The notes beneath the pieces were generated by a model. The model was given only the letters and a program-made list of their open reading frames with translations, was not told the DNA's origin and ran no database searches. From Camelus ferus (taxonomy: Eukaryota): 64,000 bases of DNA. The translations under genes were made by a program, and so were the position numbers. Location: contig NC_045696.1 in assembly GCF_009834535.1 (NCBI RefSeq), positions 106,890,001 through 106,954,000 on the forward strand, given 5' to 3'. Positions 13,771 through 26,339 of the stretch are shown in pieces (position 1 is the first letter of the stretch; each line of letters opens with the position of its first letter).

Positions 13771-14064
13771 TTCAAGCCATTCCATGGTCTGTCCACCTAT
13801 AGCAACCAGCAGAATTGCAGACATAGACACATAAAGAGAATAAAATCTTGGGTATATAATTGTTAAATCCAATCCATTTCAACAAAATAAAGGGCATAAA
13901 TGAGAGTTCGAGTAAGTAGAAGAGGAAGAAGTTGCCCATACGTAGACATTCTGATGACCCTTGATATCGTTTCTGTCCTTCCTTGTGTGGAGGATTGTAT
14001 GGAGCTTGTATGGAGTCTGGGAGAGAGCAAATAGACAAGTGTGGCTGAAGGGGACACCCCCTGT

Positions 14065-16520
14065 GAGTTTTTGGTAGAGTCCTTTATCAGTTCAAAGAAG
14101 TTTCCTTCTATTTCTACCCTGCTGGGAATTACTCTGCATGAATTTAGATACTGTCAAATGCTTGTTCTTGGTTGAGATAATCTTATGGCTTTTCTCTTTA
14201 GTCTTTTTAATATGGCAACTTAAATTGATTCATTTTCAAATGCTAAGCCAACTTTGCATTCCGAGGGTCTACTGCGCTCGGTCATGGGGTGTTATGCTTT
14301 CTGTATATTGTGGGATTCAGTTTGCTAAAATTTGTTTAGAATTGTTGCCTCATGTTCATGAGGTGTATTTGTCTACATTTGTCTTCTTGTGATGTTCTTT
14401 TTGTATTTTGGGGGCAGGATAATGCTGCCCTTAAAGAATGAGTTGGAAATTATTTCCTCTTTTTTAATTTTCTGAAAGAGTTAATATAAAATAGGATTAT
14501 ATGTACCATGTGATTCACCACTGAAGTCATCTGAGTCTAAAGTTTTCTTTGTGGGAAGTGTTTTAGCTACAAATTCCAGTTAGTTACTAGGTATAGGACT
14601 ATTTGCATTATCTATTTTTTCTTGTTTGAACTAGTTTGTTTCTTTCAAGGAATTTGTCCATTTCACCTAAATTGTTGAATTTATCAGCAAAGATGCTCAT
14701 AATGTTCCCTTAGTATCCTTGTAATATCTGTAGAATCTGTAATATCAACTCTCTTATTCCTGATATTTTGTATTTCTGTTTTATTTTGTCTTTTCTTCTT
14801 GATCAGTCTAGCTAAACATTTACCAATTTTTTAAATCTTCTCAAAGAACCAGCTTTTGGTTTCATTAATTTTCTCTGTCTTCTTTTTTCTCTTTCTTATT
14901 TAATTTATATATCCGTTGTGATCTCTATTATTTTGTTTCTTTTATTTACTTCGGATTTAATTTGATCTTCATTTTCTAGTGTCTTAAGAGAAAAGCTGAG
15001 CCATTGATTTGAGACCTTTCTTCCAATTGTTCTGGGTTTAATTTGCTCTTCCTTTACTACTTTCTTAAGGTGGGAGATGAGGTTACTGATTTGATACCTT
15101 TCTTCTTTTCTCGCTGTAGGCATTCAGTGCTACAAATATTACCCCTGTATACTGTTTTACAGCATTTTATATGCTCTTGTTTTCATTCAGTTCAGAACAC
15201 TTTCTGATTTCCCTTTCTATTTGTTCGACCCATGGATTATTTAGGGTGTGTCAGTTTCCAAATATGTAGGCATGCTCTGTGCACTCTTGAACAGAATATG
15301 CATTCTGTTGTTTCGGGGTGGAGTAGTCTACAAATGTCAATTAGTTCAAATTGACTGATAATGTTGTTCAATCTTCCGTATGAATATTTCTGATTATTAT
15401 TGTTGATTGCCTATTTCTCCCTGTAGTTCTATCAGTTTTTGCTTCATGTATTCTGAGGCTCTGTTGTAAGGTATATAAACATTTGAGATTGTTACGGCCT
15501 CTTGATGAATTGGCCACTTTATCATTATGAAGTGAACTTCTTTATATGTGATGATAATCTTTTCTCTGAAATCTACTTAATTTGATAGTCATTTAGTCAT
15601 TCTGGGTTTCTTTCTACTACTGTTAGCATGGTATACCCTTTTCCATCATTTTTCTTTATTTGTGTCTATAATTAAGGGACATTTTTCATAGGCAGCATGT
15701 TATTGATTTAATATGATTATTAATACGATTGTCTTGCTATTTTCCATTTGTCCTTCTATCCTTTCCTCCCTCTTTTCCTGCCTTTTAAAAATTAATTGAA
15801 TATTTGCTGTGATTCAGCCTTTCCTTTGTTGGCTTATATTTCAGAGATGGTTTTGGAGTGGGGTCTCTCAACATCAGCATTCTTGACCTATTGGACCAGA
15901 AAATTCCTTGTTGTGTGTGGGGTGCTGTGCATTGTAGGATGTTTGACAGCCTCCCTGGCCTCTGCCCACTAGACAATAACAACATCCCTCATTCATGACA
16001 ATCAACGTTGTCTGCAGACTTCGCCAAATATTTCCCCAGGGGAGGAGGGAGTCAAAATTGTTCCAGTTAAAAACCACTTGGGAAAAGAACTTGGGTTTAC
16101 AGTCTACATCTTTAACTTATTATGGTCTGCTTCTCACATGGTGTTACACTGCTTCACGTCTAGTCTAAGAACCCGATGGAAGTATACTTCCCTTTTTCCC
16201 TCCCAAACTTTGTCCTATAATTTTCATACATTTTCCTTTACATATGTCACTTCATTTTTTGTTGTTTAAATGGTAGTTTTTAAAAAGCTTTAAATAGTAA
16301 GAGAAAATGTATTCTATTTACCCATTAGATACCATTTCTTCATCCCTTTGTATAGATTCAGATCTTCCTCTGACCATCATTTTTCTTTCTGCCTGAAAAA
16401 CTTGAAGAGTTCTCATAATGTAAGTCTGCTGTTGACAAATTCTTTGAACTTTGATACATCTCCAAGAGTCATCTCAGCATCATTTTAGAAAGATGTTTTA
16501 GCTAGGTAAAGAATTCTAGA
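14065..16520 (-). mobile_element. Old L1M ORF2 fragment (EN to RT region plus upstream part), interrupted by MER20
   Basis: Antisense L1 ORF2 motifs (aggaatttgtccatttcacctaa, tcaaagaaccagcttttggtttcatt, cacttgaacagaatatgcattctg); ORF 14905-15123 resembles the ORF2 post-EN region. Confidence 0.85.
15859..16079 (-). mobile_element. MER20 hAT DNA transposon nested in L1
   Basis: Full-length MER20 pattern (tgcattgtaggatgtttgacagcctccctggcctctgcccactaga...ttcgccaaatatttcccc...aaaaccact). Confidence 0.88.
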
Positions 16521-16524
16521 TGCA

Positions 16525-16810
16525 GGAGAAACAGTTATAAACAAGACAATATTCCTGCCCTCATAAAATTTCTATTCTAACACAGGTGAGTAGAAGACGA
16601 CACATAAGAAAAAGTAAGAATGGTAACAGCTAATGGTAAGAGGTGTGCAGAAAATTAAAACTAGGGGTGGCATAATAGAAGTGACTGGGTGGATGCTGCA
16701 GACAGCTTGGTCAGTGAAGGTGGCGTCTGGGCTGCAATCTGAGAGGAGGGGAATCAGCTTTATGATCTTTGCCCAGAGGAAGCACATCTCAAGCAGAGTG
16801 AACCAGGAAG
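16525..16810 (-). mobile_element. L2 fragment
   Basis: aaacaagacaatattcctgccctcataaaatttctattcta. Confidence 0.6.
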
Positions 16811-18061
16811 TTTGCTTATTTTTCTCTCAGCAGCACGTTGGCTCTTCATGCCATCGGCAGTGCTCACCCTTTGTTGGTGTCATTTGTTTGAAGAATGGTT
16901 TTCCTCGCGTTTAATCTTCTGTGTGCTGTATTTTGCTATTTGCCATTTTAATTTTATTTACTTATTCAAATAAATATTGGTTTTTTTGGTAATAGCTCCT
17001 ATCCTCTCTCTTCGCCTCTTGCTAACACCTCCACACAGGAGGAGGCTGTGCCTGTCTGAGGATGAGAATGGAAGTCGGCACTGCCTGAGCTCGCTCAGCC
17101 CCTCAGGGCTCCTGGCTCCTTTCTTGCCCTGAGTTGGCCTCAGGACACACATGCTCTTCTCTGGCAGGTCGCGGGCTGCAGCTGCCTAGCCCTGCTGCTT
17201 TCTCCAGCCTCAACACCCACTTCTGACATCTACAGTGGAAAATCTCCTGCAGGGTTTAAATAACTCCACTCAAGGATTTCACCAAGTAACAGATGCTGTA
17301 AACAGACACTCTGGGAACAAAGAGCAGCCACTCATAACTCTGTAATTAAACATCCTGCTTTCTGTTCTTGCCCCCCAACCCCAATCTCTGATCTGGGACT
17401 TTTTCTGGGCATAGTCACTATTTTGGAAATCTTTTTCTCTTGCATTTAATTGTGGATTCTTCAACTCTGTCGAGTATTTCCATCAATCTGATTTTTTTTT
17501 TACTTTACATTTTACAATAATTTCTTGATTTTCTAATGTGCTGTTACAGCTTTGGTACCTCTTATAGCTTTGTAAAATTCCAGAAATACTATGAAATATT
17601 TTCCTCTGTTATTTCAATAAGCTTTGGGGGGAAGGAGATGTAAATACCTCTGATCAGTTGCATAAACCAGAGTTCTCCTGTGAACATTAGGATTTTTTTT
17701 TCAGTTAAAGTTATAGGTTAATGTGGGGAGGACTGACATTTTTCAAAAAGGAGTCTTTGGTACTGTCCAGTCCATATGGTTCTGTACAGCTTATCATTGA
17801 TTAAAATTATAGTCTCTGTTTCCCCATGCACTCTAACAATAAGTTATCTCACATTTCTATCAAAATATAGCCTGAATCCATTTACTTATCAACACCTTCT
17901 CTGCTACTATCCTACCCAAGGGTTCTTTTAAGTTCTACTTTTAACTGGTCTTTGTTGAATTATAAGAAAGCTACTGATGTTTTGTGTAGTTTATAAAGAA
18001 GAGCTATGTAGAGAATTAAAGTTCAAAAAGCCACTTTTAAAAATTCAGAATAGTTTTTTTG

Positions 18062-18200
18062 AAATATATTTTATTATTTTACAGCAGTTTCAGGTTCACA
18101 ACAGAACTGAACAGAAAATACAGAGTTCCCACATAGCGCTCCCCACCCACACGTATATACTCCCCTACCCTCAGCATCCCTCATCAGTGTGGTTAACAGT
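18062..18200 (-). mobile_element. L1MA/MB-type 3'UTR fragment
   Basis: gcagtttcaggttcacaacagaactgaacagaaaatacagagttcccacata. Confidence 0.75.
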
Positions 18201-18639
18201 TTTTTTTTTTTTTATCCTTTTGGGTTTTCTAAAGAGACAGTCATTACTGCAAATAATAAAAATTTTCGCCTCTTCTTTCGTAGTTATTAAGGTTTTCTAC
18301 CTCTAATCAGGTAAATTGTAATCACTTAATCGTGTGCTAGGGAAGTATCCAGTTTATTGAGTGTTTCAAGTGTATTTATATCTGTTGTTTTATTCTTCAT
18401 TAGTAATGTGCACGTTTCTCCTTTTCCTTAATTGACTGGGGAATGTGGTTTGTGAGACTGAGGCATTCTGAGTAGCCTCAATGCCTTATTTTAATGAACA
18501 CTCTTTGTCATGTTAAGGGAAAAAAACTCTAACTTTTCTTACTTTCAATACAAAATACATGCTGAGTTTTATTAATTTCCTCCTCAGTATCTTTTAAGAT
18601 GATTGTATAATTTTTTTAATCCTCAAAAAGTCCTTTGAG

Positions 18640-19075
18640 GGGGTTCCTATCTCGACTTCCATTTAAAGTCAGGATAATAAGGCTGAAAGAGGTTAAATAA
18701 GTTTCCCAAGGTCTACAAAACAAGCAAATGTCAAAATCAGAATTCCAATTCAGATGCCTCTGAGACCTTGCCCTTTTAATCACAACATTATGTTGTAGTT
18801 TGGAGCATGTATATACAACACACACACACATACACACAGATCCAAACAATGCATGCAGTGCACAAACTTTTTTATGATCACTACTATTATTATTGTGACT
18901 TTTAATGCGTCCCCTTTTACTGAATACTTATTACATGCCCAGCCCTACACTTGTCTGCTTTCAAAACATTATCTCACTCAGTCATCTCAATAACCCTGAG
19001 AAATAGCACTGTTACCCTGATCCTGCCTGTTCTAACAGAGAAGAAAACTGAAGCTCTCAAGCAATGATGCACTTA
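18640..19075 (-). mobile_element. Two MIR fragments separated by a CA-rich tract
   Basis: aggctgaaagaggttaaataagtttcccaaggtc and ttactgaatacttattacatgcc...acagagaagaaaactgaagctc. Confidence 0.7.
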
Positions 19076-20239
19076 TGAACTGTTGAGTTTCAGGGTCACG
19101 TGCAGGAGAACCTAGCGACAGCCCTCTATCTGCATCTCAGTCTTTGAAAAAAGCCCAAATAATTCTCCCTGCTGTAAATGCATCAAAGGTTCTCTTCACA
19201 TTTGCCCGGCCACTGTGCTCATGGCCTAAGATGTCTGGCTTCTGCCTGACCCCATGCCATGGGACCAGAGTCTGTGTCGACAGTCGGTCATCCTCGCAGC
19301 AGATTCCCTTCTAGGTCATCATGAAGACCCAGCTTCCACCACCTGCCAGTCAACAGGTGTTCATGAGGGTCCCACAATATATAGTGACATTTCTAATGAA
19401 GTCTGAGACTTTCCAGTCCTCGAAGACCACACAACCCAAAGCAGATTGTAGTCAACATTGTCTTATATATGAAAACATCAATTAGAAATATATTTTGTGT
19501 TGGAAAATGAGTCAAGGATGTTTAGGCTTCAGAGTTGAAGAATGCTTAGCAACTTATGAACAGGCATAGTATTAGAGGAGATGTTAATTGGAGCCTTTAC
19601 AAAGTGGTTTTCTTATTTTAATAAATAAAGGAAACACTTCCTAGTAGAGATTCTGTGAAGTATTGCTCTCCAGAAATCAATTTAAACAGCGTTTCCCATG
19701 TTTGTATGACCTTGTCCCCCACCCCTTCTCTCTTTCTCTCAATTACCTATTAATTCCTATAGAATCGTGTATGTGGGACGTCAGTTATGAAACCCAGAAT
19801 TAAAGTACATTGTAAAAGTGCCCCAGAGATGCTCACGTGAAAGTGAAGAGCAGGATGATGATGGAGTATTTTAGGAAGAAGTTTCCAACCCGCATTGGAA
19901 AATCTAGGTAAAAGGTTCATCGGCAGAAGGTGGGTCCTTGATGATGCCAAACAGGTGAGACTGCATTCTTTTTGTTACAAAATTGTGAATAAAAGTCACC
20001 TTGCATCAAGACATTTTTTGGTAACATCTGGTCTGGAATTTTAGCAATTCTAAACATTTCTGAAAAGTTACCACTTACTCTTGGAGAAGGAACTCCGAAA
20101 CTATGCACACTGCCACCACCTGGTGCCAATGACTCAGAGCCGTGGGTTTCAAGTGGTGAAGCAGAAACCAGAGGCTCGCCATAGACATCAGCCTGTCTTT
20201 GATATAAGTCTTAATATAGTTTAGTGAAAAACCACTCAG

Positions 20240-20620
20240 CTAAGCACTTAGGCAGGCATGGAACCAGGCACCGGAAATGGGGACAAAATAGTCTCTGCTC
20301 TTAGGGGCTCATAGTCTGCTGGGAAAGGCAAGTACAGAACAAAGGGATGAGTAGGGCAGAGAAAGGATACCGAGAAGGGAGCAAACCACACACGTGGGCA
20401 GTCATGGGGGTTCATTGAAGAGGTCTTCATGGAGCTCAGCCTTGAAGGATGAGTGAGATATGCCCAACAGGCGATGAAGAAAGACCATGTTCAAAGACAC
20501 AGAGACCAATGACTAGCCCTGTGGGGCTGAGGCACAGATTGGTAGGTGTACAGGGTGGGGCGGAGAGTGAGAATGAGGCTGAAGGGTAAGTTGAGACAGG
20601 CTTAAAAAGCTTTGTACAGG
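20240..20620 (-). mobile_element. L2 fragment
   Basis: ggacaaaatagtctctgctcttaggggctcatagtctgctggg...gagctcagccttgaaggatgagt. Confidence 0.55.
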
Positions 20621-20714
20621 ATCCGGATCCGCCATTGACTTGGCTGTGTGACCTTTGTTAATACGGCCTTTCTGGGCCTCATGGATTTTGTGAAAAGCAG
20701 TTTCTAGAGGCTGA

Positions 20715-20930
20715 TTCTCAGGCTCTAACATTTGCTTGTGTGATCTTGGGCAAGTGACTTTAGTATATGTGCTGCCGAAGCGAGCACATTGGGCAAGTGA
20801 CTTAACCTCTCCTTGCTTTAGTTTCTTCATCTATAAAATGGTACCAGTGGTAAAGGGTTGTTGAAAAGATTACATGTAATGACATACTTGCTTGGCATGA
20901 AGTGAACACGCAGCAGTGTTTGGGATCATT
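20715..20930 (+). mobile_element. MIR SINE, host of the U6 fragment insertion
   Basis: tgtgtgatcttgggcaagtgactt[insert]aacctctccttgctttagtttcttcatctataaaatgg. Confidence 0.85.
20759..20787 (-). pseudogene. RNU6: U6 snRNA 5'-fragment retropseudogene (nt 1-29, no poly-A)
   Basis: Reverse complement GTGCTCGCTTCGGCAGCACATATACTAAA is the exact U6 5' end; flanked by 15-bp direct repeat ttgggcaagtgactt (20746-20760 and 20789-20803). Confidence 0.95.
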
Positions 20931-21282
20931 GCTGTTCCTGATGATACTGGTACCATTAGCTTCATCATCTGGAACAATGGGCTAAGAAAACGTACATGAA
21001 AAACGGTCGGTAAACTGAAAAGCAAAATACAGTAGCTGTCATTACCACCCCAGGTGATCTACTCATTACCTGTCTGCCACAGTCCCCTCACCAGGGCTGC
21101 CGCTGGACCACCTCGATGTCCCCACAGACGGTGCAGAGCAGAGCCGCAGGGACACCATTCGTAGATCATTCGTTGCTAGAGATGTTCTGTCAATTGGAGT
21201 GTTGGTCACACCGGTATACACATATGTCAAAGCCAATAAAGCTGTTCACTGGAGACTGATGCATTTAAAAAATATTTTTTAA

Positions 21283-21655
21283 GAATGAAATTTTGCCTTT
21301 TGCAGCAACGTGGATAGACTTAGAAGGCATTAGGCTAAGCAAAATAAGTCAGACAGAGAAAGACAAATACTGTATGATATCACTTTTATGTGGAATCTGA
21401 AACAAATACAACAAGCTAAGGAATGTAACAAAAAAGAAGCAGGCTCACAGATGGAAAGAAGAGACCAGGGTGTGGGGGTGGTGGAGGTAGGGAGGAGCAA
21501 CACAGGGAGACCGGGAGGCAAATGACTGAGTGTAAGATAGGCCACAAGGATGTATTGTACAGCATGAGGAATATAGCCAACGTTTTGTATAACCGTAAAT
21601 GGAGTGCATACAAAAAATTGTATACGATCTTTTTAAATAATAAAAATAAAAAAAA
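21283..21655 (+). mobile_element. LINE-1 3' end (L1MA9/artiodactyl type) with A-rich tail
   Basis: gaatgaaattttgccttttgcagcaacgtggatagacttagaaggcattaggctaagcaaaataagtcagacagagaaagacaaatactgtatg; imperfect flanking repeat aaaaaatattttttaa. Confidence 0.88.
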
Positions 21656-22699
21656 TTTTTTTAAATCACAGCTTAGAGTCAAAAGCACTTCCTGGTAGTC
21701 TGGGCTTGTTTTAGGTCAAAATCGCCCGGAGACCCCTCCTGCTTCACTGGTTCAGGGCTCATACCCTCATTTTGCTGCAGGATGGAAAGACCTCAGATGA
21801 CCTGTCTCGCTCCATTTCTACTTCTTCCCTGTCTCTTCATGTAAAGAAATAAGGCAGGAAAATCCACTTCTGGCCCGCAGGTAAAGGTTTGGCTCAGCCC
21901 TTTCCTCAGAATCTCGCTTTCCTCGCAGCTGGCTGGGGCAAGTGTTAAGTGCCCAGACCGTCCCGGGTTTCTAAATGCTTTTTTGGAGAGCCAGTTTCTC
22001 TGACGTCCACCACGCCTTAGGAAATCCAAGTGATTTCTTTTTAACAGATTCTTAAAGTGCGCTCCGTCAGCAACACTTGCTGGCAGGGCCCAGCCATCAA
22101 TATCAATCGTGGGGTAGGTCTGCAGTGAGTGGGGCACCGAGCAAAGCCAGAGGCACAAATGAAGGATGCTTGCTGGGCTGAGCCCCTGGTGGGCAGGGGC
22201 CCTGTCTGACTAAATTGCTCTGTGCCACACAGACGAGAAGAAACGAGTGGTTTGTCATATTAGGGATGGTTATGTGCTTGCTACAGGCCTCCAGGAGCGA
22301 GCCACAGCCAGAGCTGTCTGGGGTGTCTGACGGAAGGTTTTCTTGGTGGGGGTAGCATGGAACCTAAATCCTCAAGCAGGTTGAAATCTGCTGGCACAGG
22401 GATCATGGGGAAAAGACCAGAATTGCCTCTGAGCTCCATCTGCCTCCCAGGACTCCCACTGATTTGTTTAGGACTCTTGAAAGACATACCATCAACTCCT
22501 AAGGGTTCCAGAAAAACTGGGGACCAAGTGTCTGTTTCAGGGGTGGGGGTCCTAAGTAGCTGCTTCCCACACCTGGAGCCCCCAGAGGAGACCGCCGTCC
22601 CTCTGCTCACCTTCCGTGCCTCTTTTATCCAAACTGCGTTTTCCTGACTCTGCTGGGGTGTGTTGGAAGAGAGATCACCAAGCCAAACAGCCGTGTGGG

Positions 22700-22788
22700 T
22701 CTGTCTCCCTTTCTCTGCCTTTTCTTCTCTCCCTCTTCCCTTCTGCCTCCCTCTCTCCCTCTCTCTCTCTCTCCTCTCCTCTCTCTCT
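22700..22788. repeat. CT-rich polypyrimidine low-complexity tract
   Basis: Near-pure C/T run ending in (CT)n. Confidence 0.85.
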
Positions 22789-23253
22789 AAACCTTTTACA
22801 CTACCGTTGAACAAGCCCCTGGATAAAGACTTTATCCAAAAACCCCCTCTTTAAAGTTATTTCAAATTTCTCTGCAAGGCTTTCAGAAATCTGTTTGTTT
22901 GAGGGCAGAATTAGATGTGACCGGCGTTTTATTGTGACATAAAACCATATTTCTTCCCCGGAAGATTAAAAAATAAAATCGGTTAATAAGAAAAGCTGTC
23001 AGCAACAGAAAATGGCTGACATAATCCGTTTATCCTCCGAGCAATAAAGATATTGGTCCTTGGGAGTCTATCCTCTCTCTCATGTTATTTCGCCCAAAAC
23101 ATTATCTTCCCAGCATTCTGATGGATTAAGAAGTCATATGGGAGATAGCAGGGAAATGACAGATACAAAAAAATATATAATATCCTTTCATTTTCTCCTC
23201 CTCCCTCCACACTCACTCATATTCCTCCTCTCCTTTTCCCTCCCCCACCCCAA

Positions 23254-23273
23254 ACACACACACACACACACAC
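23254..23273. repeat. (CA)n microsatellite
   Basis: Seen directly. Confidence 0.95.
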
Positions 23274-23423
23274 TTTATTTTCTGTCTTTTCCCTCTCCCT
23301 GACACCCTTCCATTTTTCTCACCCTTTGGAAAAGAAATAGATCTTCTTTTACCCACAGTTCCAGTACTCAGGTAATCCTAATAGGGGTGATGATGCAGAC
23401 TGGCTCCGGAGTCCGTTCCTGCT

Positions 23424-23425
23424 GC

Positions 23426-23456
<31 letters not shown>
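23424..23456. repeat. (GT)n microsatellite
   Basis: Seen directly. Confidence 0.95.
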
Positions 23457-25299
23457 ACTTGCACACATCTACATAGACACAGATCGCCAAATGAAGAAAT
23501 GGACCCTTGATAGGGGTGTTGAACACCTAGAGAGAGGGAGTTAAGCCTATCTAGCCACACTACTAGATTTTTTTAATCTAGGATTTCTGACAATAGCGTA
23601 AATTTCAGCAACAAGGCTGAAGACAGCATGTGCTAAAGGAAACAATAAAAGGAGCTTTGGAGAAGCTACAATTAAAATACTGTTTGGGTTTCTGGGGATT
23701 GAGAAAACCATTTAAAAAAAAAAAAAAAAGCCAACAGTGGCCAAACTTGTTTTCCTCCTTTCTCAGTTGATGGTACCAATCACCATCTTTTCTCATATGC
23801 ATGCAGATTGTTCCGGGGCAAAGATTCTTGAGATCAGCCATCAGAACCCTCAGGATACTTTAAACTGCTTTGCAAATAATCCCTAGAAGCGCGTCCTGGG
23901 ATCTGAAGGAGGGATAACAGGAATGCAAATGGAAACTAAGCGTGTTTCTCCATCGTATTCTTCTGCGTTTCCTTGCCTGCCGTCCAAGGCTCACCACCCT
24001 CTCTTCTAACTCAGCACTTCTCTCAGGTAAAATCCAGCACGCAGGTCAGTCACGTGAATTGTGTTCAAACAGCTAAATATTTAGAGTCCTACTGATCGAG
24101 CTTCAGTTGTGTTTCGTAGGAATTTGGCCAAATGAGTTGCCTGTGGACGTGTGTGCTCTTCCGTAGGATGACAGGAAGCCGTAGAAGGACTCAAATCCCA
24201 GGAGGAGATGGTGAACCCAGTAAACAGTTGTAGAAAAAGATCTCTGGACATGATTTTCAGTGCTTCCTTGGGAGCGGACAGTGGCATAAGCATACAGGTA
24301 CACATACACATGTACTTCAATATCTAAATATCATCTGAAATACACCATTCACAATTATTTTTTTAAACTTATCAATCCATCCTCACCTGAGTTCCCAGAA
24401 ATGGAAAATAATAAAAATTTCCATCTTTCTGATAGCTAGTCCTCACCTCTGTCTGTGACTACATTATCGTCACGTGGGTTCAGGGATGTAACCGGACCCG
24501 GTTAAGGGTAAGAGAGGAGGTGGGATGTGGGAGAGGAAGATGTGGTTTGTGGATTCCACTCCATGAATTACCTTTTCTTCTTTTCAAAGGAATTTGACAG
24601 TTTGCAAACAATAGAACAGAAATATCAGTGTTTCAAGGAGAAAATAATTTTGATTCCTTTCAATTCATATACTTCTACCTACTCAGTTCTTTCTACAGTG
24701 AATGTCTTTGGGGGTTTTAACTTTCCATACGTTTTGAAAGCAGGTTGCTATAGAAGCCTTTAATTGCATTGTACAAGATAAACTCCCATAAAAATGATGT
24801 TACCTACTCCAAATGAATATACACATTTTATTATAGCAAAACCTGTTTATTTAAATGGCTATAAAACCAGATGTTGAACAAATGTCTACAGCAATTGAAA
24901 ACGGGGAGTAAATTCATAAACCACATTTACGGAAGCTAAATGTTTAATTGAAGAAGAGGCTGTTCCTCAATTAAAAGCCTTTAGTAAATAAAGCTGCTTG
25001 AATTTTCAGTGTGTCTAAATTCAATAGTATGAAGCTGAGCTCAAATATTTCCATGTGATTGTATTAATGATGAAAACACAAACTCTGAATTAAATTAATT
25101 CCTAGTTTAACAATTGACCATGTCTAAAACACAGTTCATTTATTACCTCATTGAGTATGTTATTGTCGTTGTGTTAAACCAGGCATTATAAATCATTCTA
25201 ATGCAAAGTTTAATATGGCCATAAGCCACAGCTAGGAACTGACTAGGAATTAGCTTGGAGTTGATTACAATCCCTGGATTATACATTTTGCCTGTAATA

Positions 25300-25450
25300 T
25301 TTGTTCATCCTTCTTTCAACAAACATTTATTGAGTGCTCATTGTGTACCAGGTGCTCTGCCAGGCATTGGGGATCTGCGATAAACAGGACAAGGTCATTG
25401 CCCTCTGAAATGCCACAGTCCGGCAGGAGAGGCAGACCAGAGGTAGGCAG
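25300..25450 (-). mobile_element. L2 3' end
   Basis: ttcaacaaacatttattgagtgctcattgtgtaccaggtgctctgccaggcattggggat. Confidence 0.8.
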
Positions 25451-26339
25451 TAAAGTGAATGGTGGGTGCTCTGACCAAGGAGGTGGAGGGCTGGGGACAT
25501 GCTGGTCACCCTGAAGAGGTGGAGGCTGCAGCCCAGCCTGGGGGTAGGCCATGGAAACCCCTTCTTCACACATCACTGGACTTCTCAGGTGCCTGACACC
25601 ATCCTGATTCTGGGAGACAGATACCACGGCCTGGTTCCCAGAGCCCTTCCACAACTCTTCTGCAGGGGAGTTTATGAGAACCGCAGTGGTAAACACATAC
25701 TGTACCTGCCCATCACTCATCTAATCCAGCGGCCCTGAAATAATCACAAACTGTAAAATGGAACAGGTTAAACATATATATGAACATTTTCTCCAAAAGC
25801 ACTTTAAAAATTGAAGGCTTATCAGATTATTTTTATGACAAGAATTACAAAGGTCAAGACATTTCTAATACCTGTGTTGTCTCCATCACAGCACTGATAA
25901 CACTGTATGGAAATTCTAAATGACCTGTCTGTCTCCCCCATGACATATGAGATCCTAGGGAACTGGGATGGCTCAAGCAGTGTCTGTCAAATCCCATTAA
26001 ATGGCAATAGTTTTTAGTTAATGAAAAGTATGAGCCATCAATGTTGAAAGTAATTCAGTTTGCTGATAACAAAGGGTTACTTTTGCCCAAAGGTTGTCAG
26101 AGCAAGATTTTTAGACAGTTAGTTTATATAACTTTTGACCTGATCATGGAATTAAATTATTAATTAATTAATTAAAGTATTCAGTTTTACGGAAGATTCC
26201 CTAAAATGCTTTATTTGGATTACTTTAATTGGAAAATAAACCTTAGAATACAATATAATTCACTTTACACTAAAGCTAAATGGACAAGATTAAATTGCTG
26301 CTGAATCAGGAGCCAGGTCACTGTGAAAATCCAGTATCA

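Noticed and set aside
19763..19953. Exon-like segment (pyrimidine tract with AG, later CAG/GTGAG)
   Set aside because: Stops in all three frames and no transcript evidence; such splice-like signals are common by chance.
22281..22814. Longest ORF (177 aa, minus strand)
   Set aside because: The N-terminus is translated (GA)n low complexity, there is no recognisable domain, and the start is non-ATG.
24489..24504. Short inverted repeat taaccgg-ac-ccggtta and similar small palindromes (20619, 47049, 45519-45560)
   Set aside because: Stems of 6-11 bp are expected by chance in 64 kb; no miRNA-length hairpin or TIR/TSD structure.
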